A DNA stretch of 52,241 bases, taken from the sequence record SRR31156797_1333; one strand, 5' to 3'. Both the position numbers and the translations under genes were made by a program. Below, in pieces: positions 28,181 through 38,109 of the stretch. The notes beneath the pieces are model-generated. The model worked only from the letters and a program-made list of their open reading frames with translations, searched no databases and was not told the origin of the DNA. The stretch's first letter is position 1; each line of letters opens with the position of its first letter.

Positions 28181-28217
28181 CAGAACGATTTATGTTGTTA
28201 AATATTTCTTAGTAAAA

Positions 28218-31181
28218 TTATTTTAAAGCCTCAAATAAAATTTCAACAGGATGCATTGCATCACGATCTGCTTCATCTTTAATTTGATGACGACAGGAGG
28301 TGCCGGATGCAGCAATTACAATGGATTGTGGAGTTCGTTTCACTTCCGGAAGAAGAATCAGTTCACCAACCTTTTTACTTAAATCGTAATGTTCTTTTTC
28401 ATATCCGAATGATCCTGCCATTCCACAACATCCCGATTGTATTTCAATAGCAGAATAGTTTTCAGGAAAATTGAGTATTTCTTTTATTGGAGCAGAAGAT
28501 GCCAATGATTTTTGATAGCAATGTGCATGAAATTTTACTTGTTTTTCTTTATCGGTAAACTGATCTTTTTTAATGTTTCCTTTTTGCATTTCCTTCTGTA
28601 GAAATTCTTCTATCATAAAAGTATTTGAGGCAAGTTGTTTTGCATACTCTCTTAAGTTATCTGGAACCAAATCGATGTATTCATCTCTGAAAGTGAGAAT
28701 GGCAGACGGTTCAATTCCTATTAATGGTGTTTTATCAGTTATCAAATCTTTAAGTAGTGTGACATTTTTAATTGCCAAAAACTTGGCTTTTTTAACCAAT
28801 CCTTTCGACAGATAAGTTCTTCCGCTTTCTGCATGCTTAGGTATTACAACTTCATAGCCAAGTTTATTTAAAAGTTGAACTGTTTTGATTCCTATTGGAG
28901 TGTCGTTGTAATTGGTAAACTCATCAGCAAATAAATATACTGTCTTAACTTTATTCTGGGATGAAGGTCTTCCTTTCAGGGGAGATGGAGAGGGGTACTT
29001 TTTATTGTGCCATTTTTTAAGAGTTGTTTTGTGCAATTTAGGAATGCTTCTTTCTTTGGCAAATCCTAAGTTACTTTTCACCAAGTTGCCTATTACAGGA
29101 TGTTGGTTTACAAAATTGAAAAGAGTAGGGGCATAACTTCCAAGCTTATTTATTTTACTGATGTTTGCAATTAATTTACTGCGCAAAGGAATGGGATTAG
29201 AATCGTAATATTGTTGTAAGAATTCGGCTTTTAGTTTTGCCATATCTACATTCGAAGGACATTCAGACTTACACGCTTTGCAGGATAAACACATATCCAA
29301 AATATCATATAGCTCTTTGTGATTGAAAGGATTTTTTTTGTCGGAATTGGTGAGGAATTCACGAAACAAATTGGCTCTTGCTCTAGTGCTTAATTTCTCA
29401 CCTAGGCTAGCCTGGTAACTCGGACAAAGAGCTTTACCTGTAATATGCGTATTTCGACAATCTCCGGAACCATTGCAACGTTCCGTAGCACGAACAATTC
29501 CCATATCTGCTGAGAAATCGAAGTAGGTATCAATCTCTTTTGTAATTTGATTTGGTTTATATCGCAAGTGAGTATTCATTTTGGGTGTATCCACAATCTT
29601 ACCCGGATTGAAAATATTGTTAGGGTCCCATGCCTGCTTAATTTCACGTAAAAGTTGATAGTTCTGTTCGCCAATCATTACTGGAATGAATTCACCGCGC
29701 AATCTTCCATCGCCATGTTCTCCGCTTAAGGAACCTTTGAATTTCTTTACCAATTTGGCTGAATCCAAACCAATTGCATGAAATTTATCTTGATCGATCT
29801 TATCCTTTAAATTTAATACCGGTCGCAAATGAATTTCGCCACTTCCAATGTGAGCATGAAAGACGCAACTTATTTCATGCTTTTTCATCAATTCCTTAAA
29901 CTCAGCAATGTAATCGTATAAAACTTCAGGGGTAACCGAAGTGTCTTCTATCAAGGAAACTGGTTTGGCATCTCCTTGCATGTTCGAGAGAACTCCCAGG
30001 GCTGACTTTCGCAAATCCCAAACTCTGGCAATGTTCTCGGATCCTGTGACAAGAGGAAAATGATAACCCAAATTGTTACTTTTAAATTCGGCTTCCATTT
30101 TGCTTGCAATAGATTCAATTTCACTCATGCTTTCTCTTGCAAACTCAATAATAAGAAGTGCGCCTGGCTTATCCTTTAAAAAGAACCTGTTTTTTGCTTG
30201 AGTGATATTGCCTTCGGTTAGTTTTAGGATTTGATTATCCATTAACTCCACTGCACCAGGTTTGTATTTTAAAGCAATAAGATTGCCTTTTATGGATTCT
30301 TCTAAACTTTCAAAATGAGCACATATCAATGCTTTTTCCTTGGGAGGAGCAGGAACAAGGTTTAATTTAATTTCCGTAGTGAAAGCCAACGTTCCTTCTG
30401 ATCCTGCCAATAGTTTACTGAAATTAAACTCTTCGGTATTATTTGTAAAAGGAGTCGAATCCAATAAAAGATCAATGGCATATCCTGTATTTCTTCTTTT
30501 AATATCCGGATCGGGATATTCCTTTCGGATTGATTCCTGATTCTCCTTATTGGAGAGTATATCCTTTATATTATTGTATACATTCGCTTCAATTCCTGAT
30601 TTTGATTCACACTTTTTGAAGAATTTTTCATTACTTAAAGGACTAAAAACAGTTTTCGTACCATCACTTAAAAAGGCTGTTACTTCCAGTGTATGATCAC
30701 GAGTGCTACCATATATTATAGAATGAGAACCACAGGAATTGTTTCCAAGCATTCCTCCCAGCATACATCTTCCACTTGTCGAAGTCTCGGGGCCGAAAAA
30801 TAAATTGTAATTCTTTAGATAAAGATTGAGTTCGTCTAGTATCACACCAGGTTGAACTTTTACCCATTTTTCTTTGGTATTTAATTCAATGATATTGGTA
30901 AAATACTTCGAGATATCAACTACAATTCCATTTCCTACAACTTGTCCGGCAAGCGAAGTTCCCGCAGCTCTTGGAATTAATGATAGTTTCTCCTCATTGG
31001 CAAAATGAATTAAGTGTTGAATGTCGGATTCATTTTTAGGATAGACCACCGCTAATGGTAATACTTTATAGGCTGAAGCATCCGTTGAGTAAATTAATCT
31101 GCTGCTCTGATCTCTTAATACTTCACCAGAGATTCGATTTTGTAATTGCTGAAATTTATCATTTAAATTGGACGAGTTCAT
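28218..31181 (-). CDS. FAD-binding and 4Fe-4S oxidoreductase (YdiJ/GlcD-GlcF fusion type, 2-hydroxyacid dehydrogenase family)
   Basis: PRAAGTSLAGQ, GSEGTL, HIGSGEIH, SGEHGDG, CNGSGDC, CLSCKACKSECP, CCGMAGSFG, GTSCRHQI. Confidence 0.93.
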   Translation of the reverse strand: MNSSNLNDKFQQLQNRISGEVLRDQSSRLIYSTDASAYKVLPLAVVYPKNESDIQHLIHFANEEKLSLIPRAAGTSLAGQVVGNGIVVDISKYFTNIIELNTKEKWVKVQPGVILDELNLYLKNYNLFFGPETSTSGRCMLGGMLGNNSCGSHSIIYGSTRDHTLEVTAFLSDGTKTVFSPLSNEKFFKKCESKSGIEANVYNNIKDILSNKENQESIRKEYPDPDIKRRNTGYAIDLLLDSTPFTNNTEEFNFSKLLAGSEGTLAFTTEIKLNLVPAPPKEKALICAHFESLEESIKGNLIALKYKPGAVELMDNQILKLTEGNITQAKNRFFLKDKPGALLIIEFARESMSEIESIASKMEAEFKSNNLGYHFPLVTGSENIARVWDLRKSALGVLSNMQGDAKPVSLIEDTSVTPEVLYDYIAEFKELMKKHEISCVFHAHIGSGEIHLRPVLNLKDKIDQDKFHAIGLDSAKLVKKFKGSLSGEHGDGRLRGEFIPVMIGEQNYQLLREIKQAWDPNNIFNPGKIVDTPKMNTHLRYKPNQITKEIDTYFDFSADMGIVRATERCNGSGDCRNTHITGKALCPSYQASLGEKLSTRARANLFREFLTNSDKKNPFNHKELYDILDMCLSCKACKSECPSNVDMAKLKAEFLQQYYDSNPIPLRSKLIANISKINKLGSYAPTLFNFVNQHPVIGNLVKSNLGFAKERSIPKLHKTTLKKWHNKKYPSPSPLKGRPSSQNKVKTVYLFADEFTNYNDTPIGIKTVQLLNKLGYEVVIPKHAESGRTYLSKGLVKKAKFLAIKNVTLLKDLITDKTPLIGIEPSAILTFRDEYIDLVPDNLREYAKQLASNTFMIEEFLQKEMQKGNIKKDQFTDKEKQVKFHAHCYQKSLASSAPIKEILNFPENYSAIEIQSGCCGMAGSFGYEKEHYDLSKKVGELILLPEVKRTPQSIVIAASGTSCRHQIKDEADRDAMHPVEILFEALK
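28967..28996. repeat. Degenerate GC-rich palindromic (REP-like) element inside the coding sequence
   Basis: GTCTTCCTTTCAGGGGAGATGGAGAGGGGT, read in frame on the minus strand as YPSPSPLKGRP. Confidence 0.55.
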
Positions 31182-31400
31182 ATGGAATTGCTGTGTTTTT
31201 GAGTGTATGTGTGTGATTTAGTTTTACATTAAATGAAATTACATTTTTATTTTAATATTTAATCTTATCAAGAATGAATATTTATTAATTGTTTGACCTA
31301 AAAACTGACAAAAATTATGAATTTAGAAATCTAAAGTTTACGTTTTATTCCTAAATTTGCAATGTCGAGATTACAAAACGGATTAATATATTGACCACCA

Positions 31401-32402
31401 ATGGACTTATTGCAGAAAATTAAGGCGAACGCCAAATTGCACAACAAAACTATTGTTCTTCCAGAAGGAACAGAGGAGAGAACTTTACAAGCGACTGATA
31501 TTCTTTTAGAAGAAGGAATTGCTCAAATTATTTTAATTGGAGCTCCAGAAGAAGTTAAGAGTGAAGCTACTCGTTTAGGATTGAAAAATATTGACAAAGC
31601 AACAATTGTCGATCCTAAAAGTCATGACAAAATGGAAGCGTATGCTGAAATTTTGGTTGAATTAAGAAAGAAGAAGGGAATGACAATGGAGAAGGCAATG
31701 GAAGTAATCCAGGATCCTCTTTATTTGGCAACCTTAATGATTAAAGCAGGTGATGCTGATGGTGAAGTTGCAGGAGCATTAAATGCTACCGGTGATGTAT
31801 TACGTCCAGCATTTCAGATTGTGAAAACAATGCCTGGGATTTCTGTAGTTTCTGGTGCTTTCATTATGATTTTGAAAGATAAGAACTATGGTAACGATGG
31901 TATGATGGTATTTGCTGATTGTGCCGTTCATCCAAACCCAACAGCTAGCGAATTGGCTGAAATTGCAGTTGCTACTGCAAAAACAACTAAGGCAATTGCT
32001 GAAATGGAACCTAGAGTTGCAATGCTTAGCTTCTCAACAATGGGATCGGGAAAACATGAAATGGTTGATAAAGTTGTAGAAGCAACTCGATTGGCTAAAG
32101 AAATGGCTCCTGAATTTCAAATTGATGGTGAAATGCAAGCTGATGCGGCTATTGTTGAAGCTATTGGTGCTAAAAAAGCTCCTAACAGTGAGGTTGCAGG
32201 TAAAGCAAACGTATTGGTATTCCCAACTTTAGAGGTAGGTAACATTTCATACAAATTGGTACAACGTTTGGCTGGTGCTGAAGCTGTAGGTCCTGTGTTA
32301 CAGGGTATGGCTGCTCCAATTAACGATTTGTCAAGAGGTTGTTCTGTAAGTGATATTGTAAACTTGGTTGCAATTACGGCAAACCAAGCTGCAGGTATGT
32401 AA
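31401..32402 (+). CDS. pta: Phosphate acetyltransferase
   Basis: IVLPEG, FADCAV, AMLSFST.GS, DGEMQADAA, GPVLQG..PINDLSRGCS; precedes ackA; -7 box TAAATTTG at 31352-31359. Confidence 0.96.
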   Translation: MDLLQKIKANAKLHNKTIVLPEGTEERTLQATDILLEEGIAQIILIGAPEEVKSEATRLGLKNIDKATIVDPKSHDKMEAYAEILVELRKKKGMTMEKAMEVIQDPLYLATLMIKAGDADGEVAGALNATGDVLRPAFQIVKTMPGISVVSGAFIMILKDKNYGNDGMMVFADCAVHPNPTASELAEIAVATAKTTKAIAEMEPRVAMLSFSTMGSGKHEMVDKVVEATRLAKEMAPEFQIDGEMQADAAIVEAIGAKKAPNSEVAGKANVLVFPTLEVGNISYKLVQRLAGAEAVGPVLQGMAAPINDLSRGCSVSDIVNLVAITANQAAGM

Positions 32403-32438
32403 GAAAAAATCAAAACTAAATAATAAACAAAAATAACG

Positions 32439-33647
32439 ATGAACGTTCTAGTTTTTAATTGTGGTAGCTCTTCCTTAAAGTATCAGTTGTTAAGCATGGG
32501 TGAGGAAGCTACATTGTTGGCAAAAGGTCTTGTTGAGAGAATTGGTCTTAAAGAAGGTGTATTGACTCACAAACCAGAGGGGAAAGCAAAATTTGAATTG
32601 GTGCAGGATATTCCAAATCATAGCGTAGGTATCAATTTGGTATTGGAGGCATTGGTAAATCCTGAGCATGGCGTAATTGCTGATTTGAAAGAAATTAATG
32701 CAGCTGGTCACCGTGTGGCTCATGGTGGTGAATTCTTTAAGGATAGCGCATTGATCGATGAGAAAGCAAAAGAGAACATTGCTGCTTGTTGCGAATTGGC
32801 TCCACTTCACAATCCTGCAAATTTAGAGGGGATTTTATCTATCGAAAAGCTATTGCCAGGATTGAAGCAAGTTGCAGTTTTCGATACGTCATTCCACCAA
32901 ACTCTTCCTGCTGAGGCGTTTATGTACGGATTGCCATATGATTGCTACGAGAAATACAGAGTTCGTAAGTATGGTTTCCACGGTACATCTCACAAATTTG
33001 TTGCTAATAAGGCATGTGAATTGCTAGGATGGAATATCGAAGATAAGAAAATTGTTAGCTGTCATTTAGGAAACGGTGCTTCTGTTTGTGCTGTTGATGG
33101 TGGTAAGTCTATCGAAACTTCAATGGGTTTTACTCCAAACGAAGGTTTGTTGATGGGTACACGCACCGGTAACCTTGACTTAGGGGCTCTTCTTTATATT
33201 GCTGAGAAGAAGAATCTTTCTATCGAGGAGACAAATAAATTGATTAACAAGCAATCAGGTTTAGCTGGTATTTCTGGTATTTCTTCTGATATGAGAGATT
33301 TGGAAATTGCTGCTGAAGGTGGTAACGAAAGAGCTCAATTGGCATTGGATATGTTCGCATATCGTGTTAAGAGATTTGTTGGTTCATACTCTGCTTCAAT
33401 GGGTGGTGTTGATTTGGTTATCTTTACAGGTGGAATTGGTGAAAATGATTCAGTTTCTCGTGAGAAGATCGCAAAAGATTTCGGATATTTAGGACTTGAT
33501 TTTGATGCGGAAATTAACAATGGCTTACGTGGTAAAGACATGGTTATTTCTAAGAACGGTTCAAAAGTTAAAGCAATGGTAGTAACTACCAACGAAGAGT
33601 TGGTTATTGCTTCTGATACTCAAAGAATTGTGAGTGAATTGAAATAA
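32439..33647 (+). CDS. ackA: Acetate kinase
   Basis: NCGSSSLKY, GHRVAHGG, LAPLHNP, FDTSFH, YGFHGTSH, HLGNGAS, FTGGIGEN, TNEE. Confidence 0.97.
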   Translation: MNVLVFNCGSSSLKYQLLSMGEEATLLAKGLVERIGLKEGVLTHKPEGKAKFELVQDIPNHSVGINLVLEALVNPEHGVIADLKEINAAGHRVAHGGEFFKDSALIDEKAKENIAACCELAPLHNPANLEGILSIEKLLPGLKQVAVFDTSFHQTLPAEAFMYGLPYDCYEKYRVRKYGFHGTSHKFVANKACELLGWNIEDKKIVSCHLGNGASVCAVDGGKSIETSMGFTPNEGLLMGTRTGNLDLGALLYIAEKKNLSIEETNKLINKQSGLAGISGISSDMRDLEIAAEGGNERAQLALDMFAYRVKRFVGSYSASMGGVDLVIFTGGIGENDSVSREKIAKDFGYLGLDFDAEINNGLRGKDMVISKNGSKVKAMVVTTNEELVIASDTQRIVSELK

Positions 33648-33670
33648 TATAACTTCAATATAATTGTGAG

Positions 33671-33699
33671 AAGCCTGGTTTTTAAACCAGGCTTTTTTT
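33671..33699 (+). terminator. Rho-independent terminator of pta-ackA
   Basis: AAGCCTGGTTT..AAACCAGGCTT followed by a T-tract. Confidence 0.85.
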
Positions 33700-33876
33700 G
33701 TATAGCATCAGTGCCTATGAAAAAATAGAAGCAAACAAGTGGTTGGTTTGAGCAAAGTAAACATTGATATTTATTACTCTTTTGTTGATTTTACGGATGT
33801 TTCGTGAAACAAAATCATAATAAAATCGTTTAGTTGCAAAGACTCATCATCGAAAGGAGATAAAAGAAACCTGTAT

Positions 33877-36800
33877 ATGCTTAAATTCCTAACTACGCAC
33901 AAATATTTACCACTTTTTGTCTTATTCGTCTTAATCGGATTTTCATCTGTTGCTCAGCGTACAAACTTCCGTTTTCATGAATACAATAAGCAGAACAAAT
34001 TAAATGAGGAACTGGTCAAGTCAACGAGTCAGGATTCTTTGGGTATTTATTATTTTGCTACGGATGGAGGTGTATATTCATTAATTAATGATCAATTTAA
34101 TCAATTCGAATTACCAGAAGGTAAATCACAATATTTTAAGGAATTATTTAAGCTGAATAGTGGTAAATTATTGGCTGTTTCCGATGATGCGATATATCAG
34201 GTTAACCCATCATTTGAGAAAAATGATATAGAATTAATAATAGAATGTAATTTTGACCCTTCTGCACCAAAATATCCAAAACATGCATTCGAAGATCATG
34301 AAAATAGGATTTGGATAACTGATTACAATCATATATTTAGACTAAATGGTGGAACTATTGAAAAATACACCATGGATGAAAAGAACCTAACAAGTTCTTA
34401 TGCCAGATCATTTCAATTTTTAGAATGTGATAATGGGAATTTAATTGTTGTTTCTCAAAAAGGGTTTTTCTATAAATATGAAAGTAAAACTAACTCATTT
34501 AAGGAATCCATTTTTAAACCGGAATTTCTGCTTCATTCTTCTTTTAAAATTGGTGCTAATGAATTTTTACTCGGCACTTCGAAAGGAATTGTGAAAATTA
34601 TTTTTGATTTTAATGGTAGAGTGGTTCATAACGAAGTAATTTCAAAAGACATTCTTGCCTCATGTTTCGAGCGAATAAGTGAAAATCGCATTCTGGCGGG
34701 TACCTGGTTTCAAGGATTAGTGGAAATAGAATTGAGTGATGAGCATCGTTTTTACCCTGTGAGTGGATTTCCTTATTTTACAATTAATGGCTTATTTAAA
34801 GATGATTTTGGAAAATTTTGGGTGGCAACCAATTCGGGAGCCATAGTGATGGAGAAAAAGTTTTTTACTTCACAGTTTTTAACTGCAAATTCAGAATATG
34901 TAGCAAGTATTAGAAAAAATACCAAAGGAGAGATCGTTTGTGCAGGAAGAAGTCATTTGTATAAAGTAATAGATGATCAAAGAGTGCAAATACAGGATTT
35001 TGAGATTGAAGGTTCACTTAATGTATTTCAGAATTATGGTGATTATATGCTAATTGGTACGGAAAGTGGAGAATTGCATTTATTTCAGGATAGTACCTTT
35101 GTAAAAACACTTACTATTAGCAATCAGGCGATTACCGATATAGAGTATGAAACATCCAGTGAGGTTTGGCTTGTCTCTGATAAAGAGCTTTTTAAGGTTA
35201 ATTTAGATGAAGAAACCATTCATTCCTATCTCGATCAATTCAATGATAGACGTATTGTTCAGGATATTTGTTTTCACAAAAATAATATACTTTTTGTTGG
35301 TGGTGAGTACGAACACTCTTATTTGTATAGCTATAACCGAGAAACTGATAGTTTTGAGAACATTAGTAAAGAGTTACCGATTAAGATAACAGGTGATTTT
35401 TGGATTCGTGACCTGGAACCAGTTAAGGATACCATTTATATTGGAAGTTCTTCAGGTTTATTTAAGTATTACGATTCTAAAATAGAAGAAATCGATCTTG
35501 GAGATATGAATCGGGGTGAAATTAATGCAATTGCTGTTGATCAGTACAATGCACTTTGGATAACAACTAGTAAAGGTGTAATTCGTAAGCGTAAAGATGA
35601 TATTTCTTTGTTTACTCCTGATCAGGGGTTACCATCTAAAACTTTTACTATTGGTAATTTATTGGTGGATGATAAAGGGTACCTTTGGGTTGGTACTTCA
35701 AACGGATTGGCTTACGCTCATGTTAGTGATTCTATTCCTGAAACGCCAAAACCTATTGTACATGTTGCAAAGGAGGAAACACAGTTTATTTATCCTAATA
35801 CACAATTAGAGGTAACTAAAGGCGCTATGTTGTTATTGGATGTAACGGCTACGATTTATCCTCAGAAACAAAATCAATTTCAGTATTGTATTCTTAAAGG
35901 AGAGGCAAAAATTACCGATTGGAAAGAACTATCTGGCAAAAATCAAGTAATTGTATCTGATTTGGAACCTGGAGATTATCAAATATGTATTCGTTGTAAG
36001 CATGAAGGAAACTATGCCTGGAGTGATCATCGGGTTATTCCTTTAAAAGTTAATCAGGTTTGGTACTTGAGATGGTATACATTATTGTCAGAGTTGATAG
36101 TGATACTATTATTGGTGTTTGCTACAAATGCATATAGTAAGCAACGTGCAAAGCAGCACATGGCAATATTAGAGAAAGAAGTTTCTGAACGTACGGTTCA
36201 GTTGCAGGATGCCAATCAGAGTTTATTGCTCGCCAACAAAGCAAAAGATAGATTTTTGTCGATTATTGGTCACGATTTAAGAAATCCGTTTAATGCCATT
36301 CGGGGATTTTCAAAAATGTTGTTAAACGATGGTGACATGCTGAGCGATGAAGAGAAGAAGGAACTGCTTGAAATGATTTATAAATCTTCCGATGATACGT
36401 TTAAACTCTTGGAAAGTCTGTTGGAATGGGCGAATGTGCAAAAAGGAAATTTCAAACTGAATAAAGTTGAGTTCGATTTGGCAACGGTTATGCAAAACAA
36501 TTTGGAATCACATCAGATTTTAGCCTCATTAAAGGATATTCACATTAAGGGAGATTTCGAGAGCATATTGGTTGATGCTGATAAATCTATGGTTGATACT
36601 TGCATCAGAAATTTGATATCTAATGCCATTAAGTTCTCCTTTCCTGGACAAAATATTGAGCTACGGGCAATGAAAAAAGATAAATTTGCCATTGTTCAGG
36701 TGAAAGACCAGGGGGTTGGAATGTCGGAAAAACAGGTGAAACAATTGTTTAAAATTGATTCTGTTTTTACAAGCGAAGGAACTGCCAATGAAACAGGAAC

Positions 36801-36921
36801 TGGTTTTGGTTTAATGTTGAGTAAGGAATTTGTTGAAATGAATGGTGGACAAATTCGTGTTAGCAGTGTTAAAGATAAAGGCACTTCATTTTACTTCTCG
36901 ATACCACTTAAAACATGCTAA
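33877..36921 (+). CDS. Sensor histidine kinase with periplasmic beta-propeller/Y_Y_Y-type sensor; no receiver or AraC domain
   Basis: Signal peptide, Reg_prop-like repeats (DDKGYLWVGTSNGL), LEPGDY, TM, GHDLRNP, NLISNAIKF, DQGVG, GTGFGL. Confidence 0.92.
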   Translation: MLKFLTTHKYLPLFVLFVLIGFSSVAQRTNFRFHEYNKQNKLNEELVKSTSQDSLGIYYFATDGGVYSLINDQFNQFELPEGKSQYFKELFKLNSGKLLAVSDDAIYQVNPSFEKNDIELIIECNFDPSAPKYPKHAFEDHENRIWITDYNHIFRLNGGTIEKYTMDEKNLTSSYARSFQFLECDNGNLIVVSQKGFFYKYESKTNSFKESIFKPEFLLHSSFKIGANEFLLGTSKGIVKIIFDFNGRVVHNEVISKDILASCFERISENRILAGTWFQGLVEIELSDEHRFYPVSGFPYFTINGLFKDDFGKFWVATNSGAIVMEKKFFTSQFLTANSEYVASIRKNTKGEIVCAGRSHLYKVIDDQRVQIQDFEIEGSLNVFQNYGDYMLIGTESGELHLFQDSTFVKTLTISNQAITDIEYETSSEVWLVSDKELFKVNLDEETIHSYLDQFNDRRIVQDICFHKNNILFVGGEYEHSYLYSYNRETDSFENISKELPIKITGDFWIRDLEPVKDTIYIGSSSGLFKYYDSKIEEIDLGDMNRGEINAIAVDQYNALWITTSKGVIRKRKDDISLFTPDQGLPSKTFTIGNLLVDDKGYLWVGTSNGLAYAHVSDSIPETPKPIVHVAKEETQFIYPNTQLEVTKGAMLLLDVTATIYPQKQNQFQYCILKGEAKITDWKELSGKNQVIVSDLEPGDYQICIRCKHEGNYAWSDHRVIPLKVNQVWYLRWYTLLSELIVILLLVFATNAYSKQRAKQHMAILEKEVSERTVQLQDANQSLLLANKAKDRFLSIIGHDLRNPFNAIRGFSKMLLNDGDMLSDEEKKELLEMIYKSSDDTFKLLESLLEWANVQKGNFKLNKVEFDLATVMQNNLESHQILASLKDIHIKGDFESILVDADKSMVDTCIRNLISNAIKFSFPGQNIELRAMKKDKFAIVQVKDQGVGMSEKQVKQLFKIDSVFTSEGTANETGTGFGLMLSKEFVEMNGGQIRVSSVKDKGTSFYFSIPLKTC

Positions 36922-36985
36922 GTCATCATTTATGATTATCCACTTTAGTTATGAATGAGAGTATAAATTAATTTTGGTTTTCCAT

Positions 36986-37003
36986 TTGTGGGAAATTTCA
37001 CAT
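36986..37003. promoter_or_regulatory. Rex-like palindrome upstream of the ptb pair
   Basis: TTGTG-GGAAATTT-CACAT versus Rex consensus TTGTGAA-N4-TTCACAA; -7 box TATTTTTG at 37079-37086. Confidence 0.45.
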
Positions 37004-37146
37004 TGTTATCATTTCCCTTTATTGTCTGAAAAATCGAAAGTTTAATAAGAGCTTTTTATGTGATTCGTAATTATTTCTTATTTTTGCCTTACAACTTAAA
37101 TATGGATACTTAATCCGCAAAACAATCACTTAAACAAATATAAAGG

Positions 37147-38052
37147 ATGATTACACGTTTGGAGCAAATCATTGACGTTCTTAAAAGTAACGACAAAAAG
37201 CGCTTGGTAGCAGCTTATGCTAACGATGCACACACTATCGAAGCAGTAAACAATGCAGTAGAGGCGGGTATTGTTGCTGGTGTTTTAGTTGGTGATAAAG
37301 ATACGATTGAGAAAACTTGTGCAGATCACAATATCGATGCAAGCAAATTTACGATTGTTCATGAGCCTAATGAATTGAAAGCTGCACAAAAAGCGGTAGA
37401 ATTGATCAATAATGGCGAAGGTGATATGATCATGAAGGGATTGGTTAGTACTGACAAGTATATGAAAGCCATCCTTAACAAAGAAAAAGGTTTGATGCCT
37501 CCAAAAGCTGTGTTGAGCCACGTAACGGTAATGGAAAATCCGAACTATCACAAATTATTGGTATGTAGCGATGTTGCTGTTATTCCTCAGCCTGACTTGA
37601 ATCAGAAAATTGCTTTGACTAATTATGTAGTAAATGTAGCACAATCTTTAGGTATCGAGACTCCTAAAGTTGCTTTAGTTGCTGCATCGGAGCAAGTATT
37701 GCCTAAAATGGATGCATGTGTTGATGCTGCTATTATTTCTAAAATGGCTGATCGTGGTCAGATCAAAAGTGCTTATGTTGACGGACCTTTGGCTCTTGAT
37801 GTAGCAATTGATAAAGAATCGGCTGAGATTAAGAAATTGGATTCTAAAGTAGCAGGTGATGCTGATTGTTTGGTTTTCCCAAATATCGAATCGGGTAACG
37901 TTTTCTACAAATGCAATACAAAATTAGCTAATGCTGAGTTAGGCGCTATGGTTGTTGGTGCAAAATGTCCTGCAATTCTTTCATCACGTGGCGATAGTGT
38001 TAAAACCAAATTGTATTCTATCGCATTGGCAGCATTAGTTGCTTCAAAATAA
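37147..38052 (+). CDS. ptb: Phosphate butyryltransferase / phosphate acyltransferase (paralog 1)
   Basis: MKGLVST, LSHV, DGPLALDVAI, GDADCLVFPNIESGN, SSRGDS. Confidence 0.88.
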   Translation: MITRLEQIIDVLKSNDKKRLVAAYANDAHTIEAVNNAVEAGIVAGVLVGDKDTIEKTCADHNIDASKFTIVHEPNELKAAQKAVELINNGEGDMIMKGLVSTDKYMKAILNKEKGLMPPKAVLSHVTVMENPNYHKLLVCSDVAVIPQPDLNQKIALTNYVVNVAQSLGIETPKVALVAASEQVLPKMDACVDAAIISKMADRGQIKSAYVDGPLALDVAIDKESAEIKKLDSKVAGDADCLVFPNIESGNVFYKCNTKLANAELGAMVVGAKCPAILSSRGDSVKTKLYSIALAALVASK

Positions 38053-38062
38053 TATATTCCCA

Positions 38063-38090
38063 ATAGAGACGGACGGCTGTCCGTCTTTAT
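38063..38090. repeat. REP-like palindrome between the two ptb genes
   Basis: ATAGAGACGGAC-GGCT-GTCCGTCTTTAT; resembles GTAGAGAC...GTCTCTAC REP-type elements. Confidence 0.6.
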
Positions 38091-38109
38091 TCAAATAAAT
38101 TATAAATAC

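Noticed and set aside
33877..36921. Hybrid two-component system of a polysaccharide utilisation locus
   Set aside because: The protein ends after the ATPase domain (no receiver or AraC) and there are no susC/susD or CAZyme neighbours.
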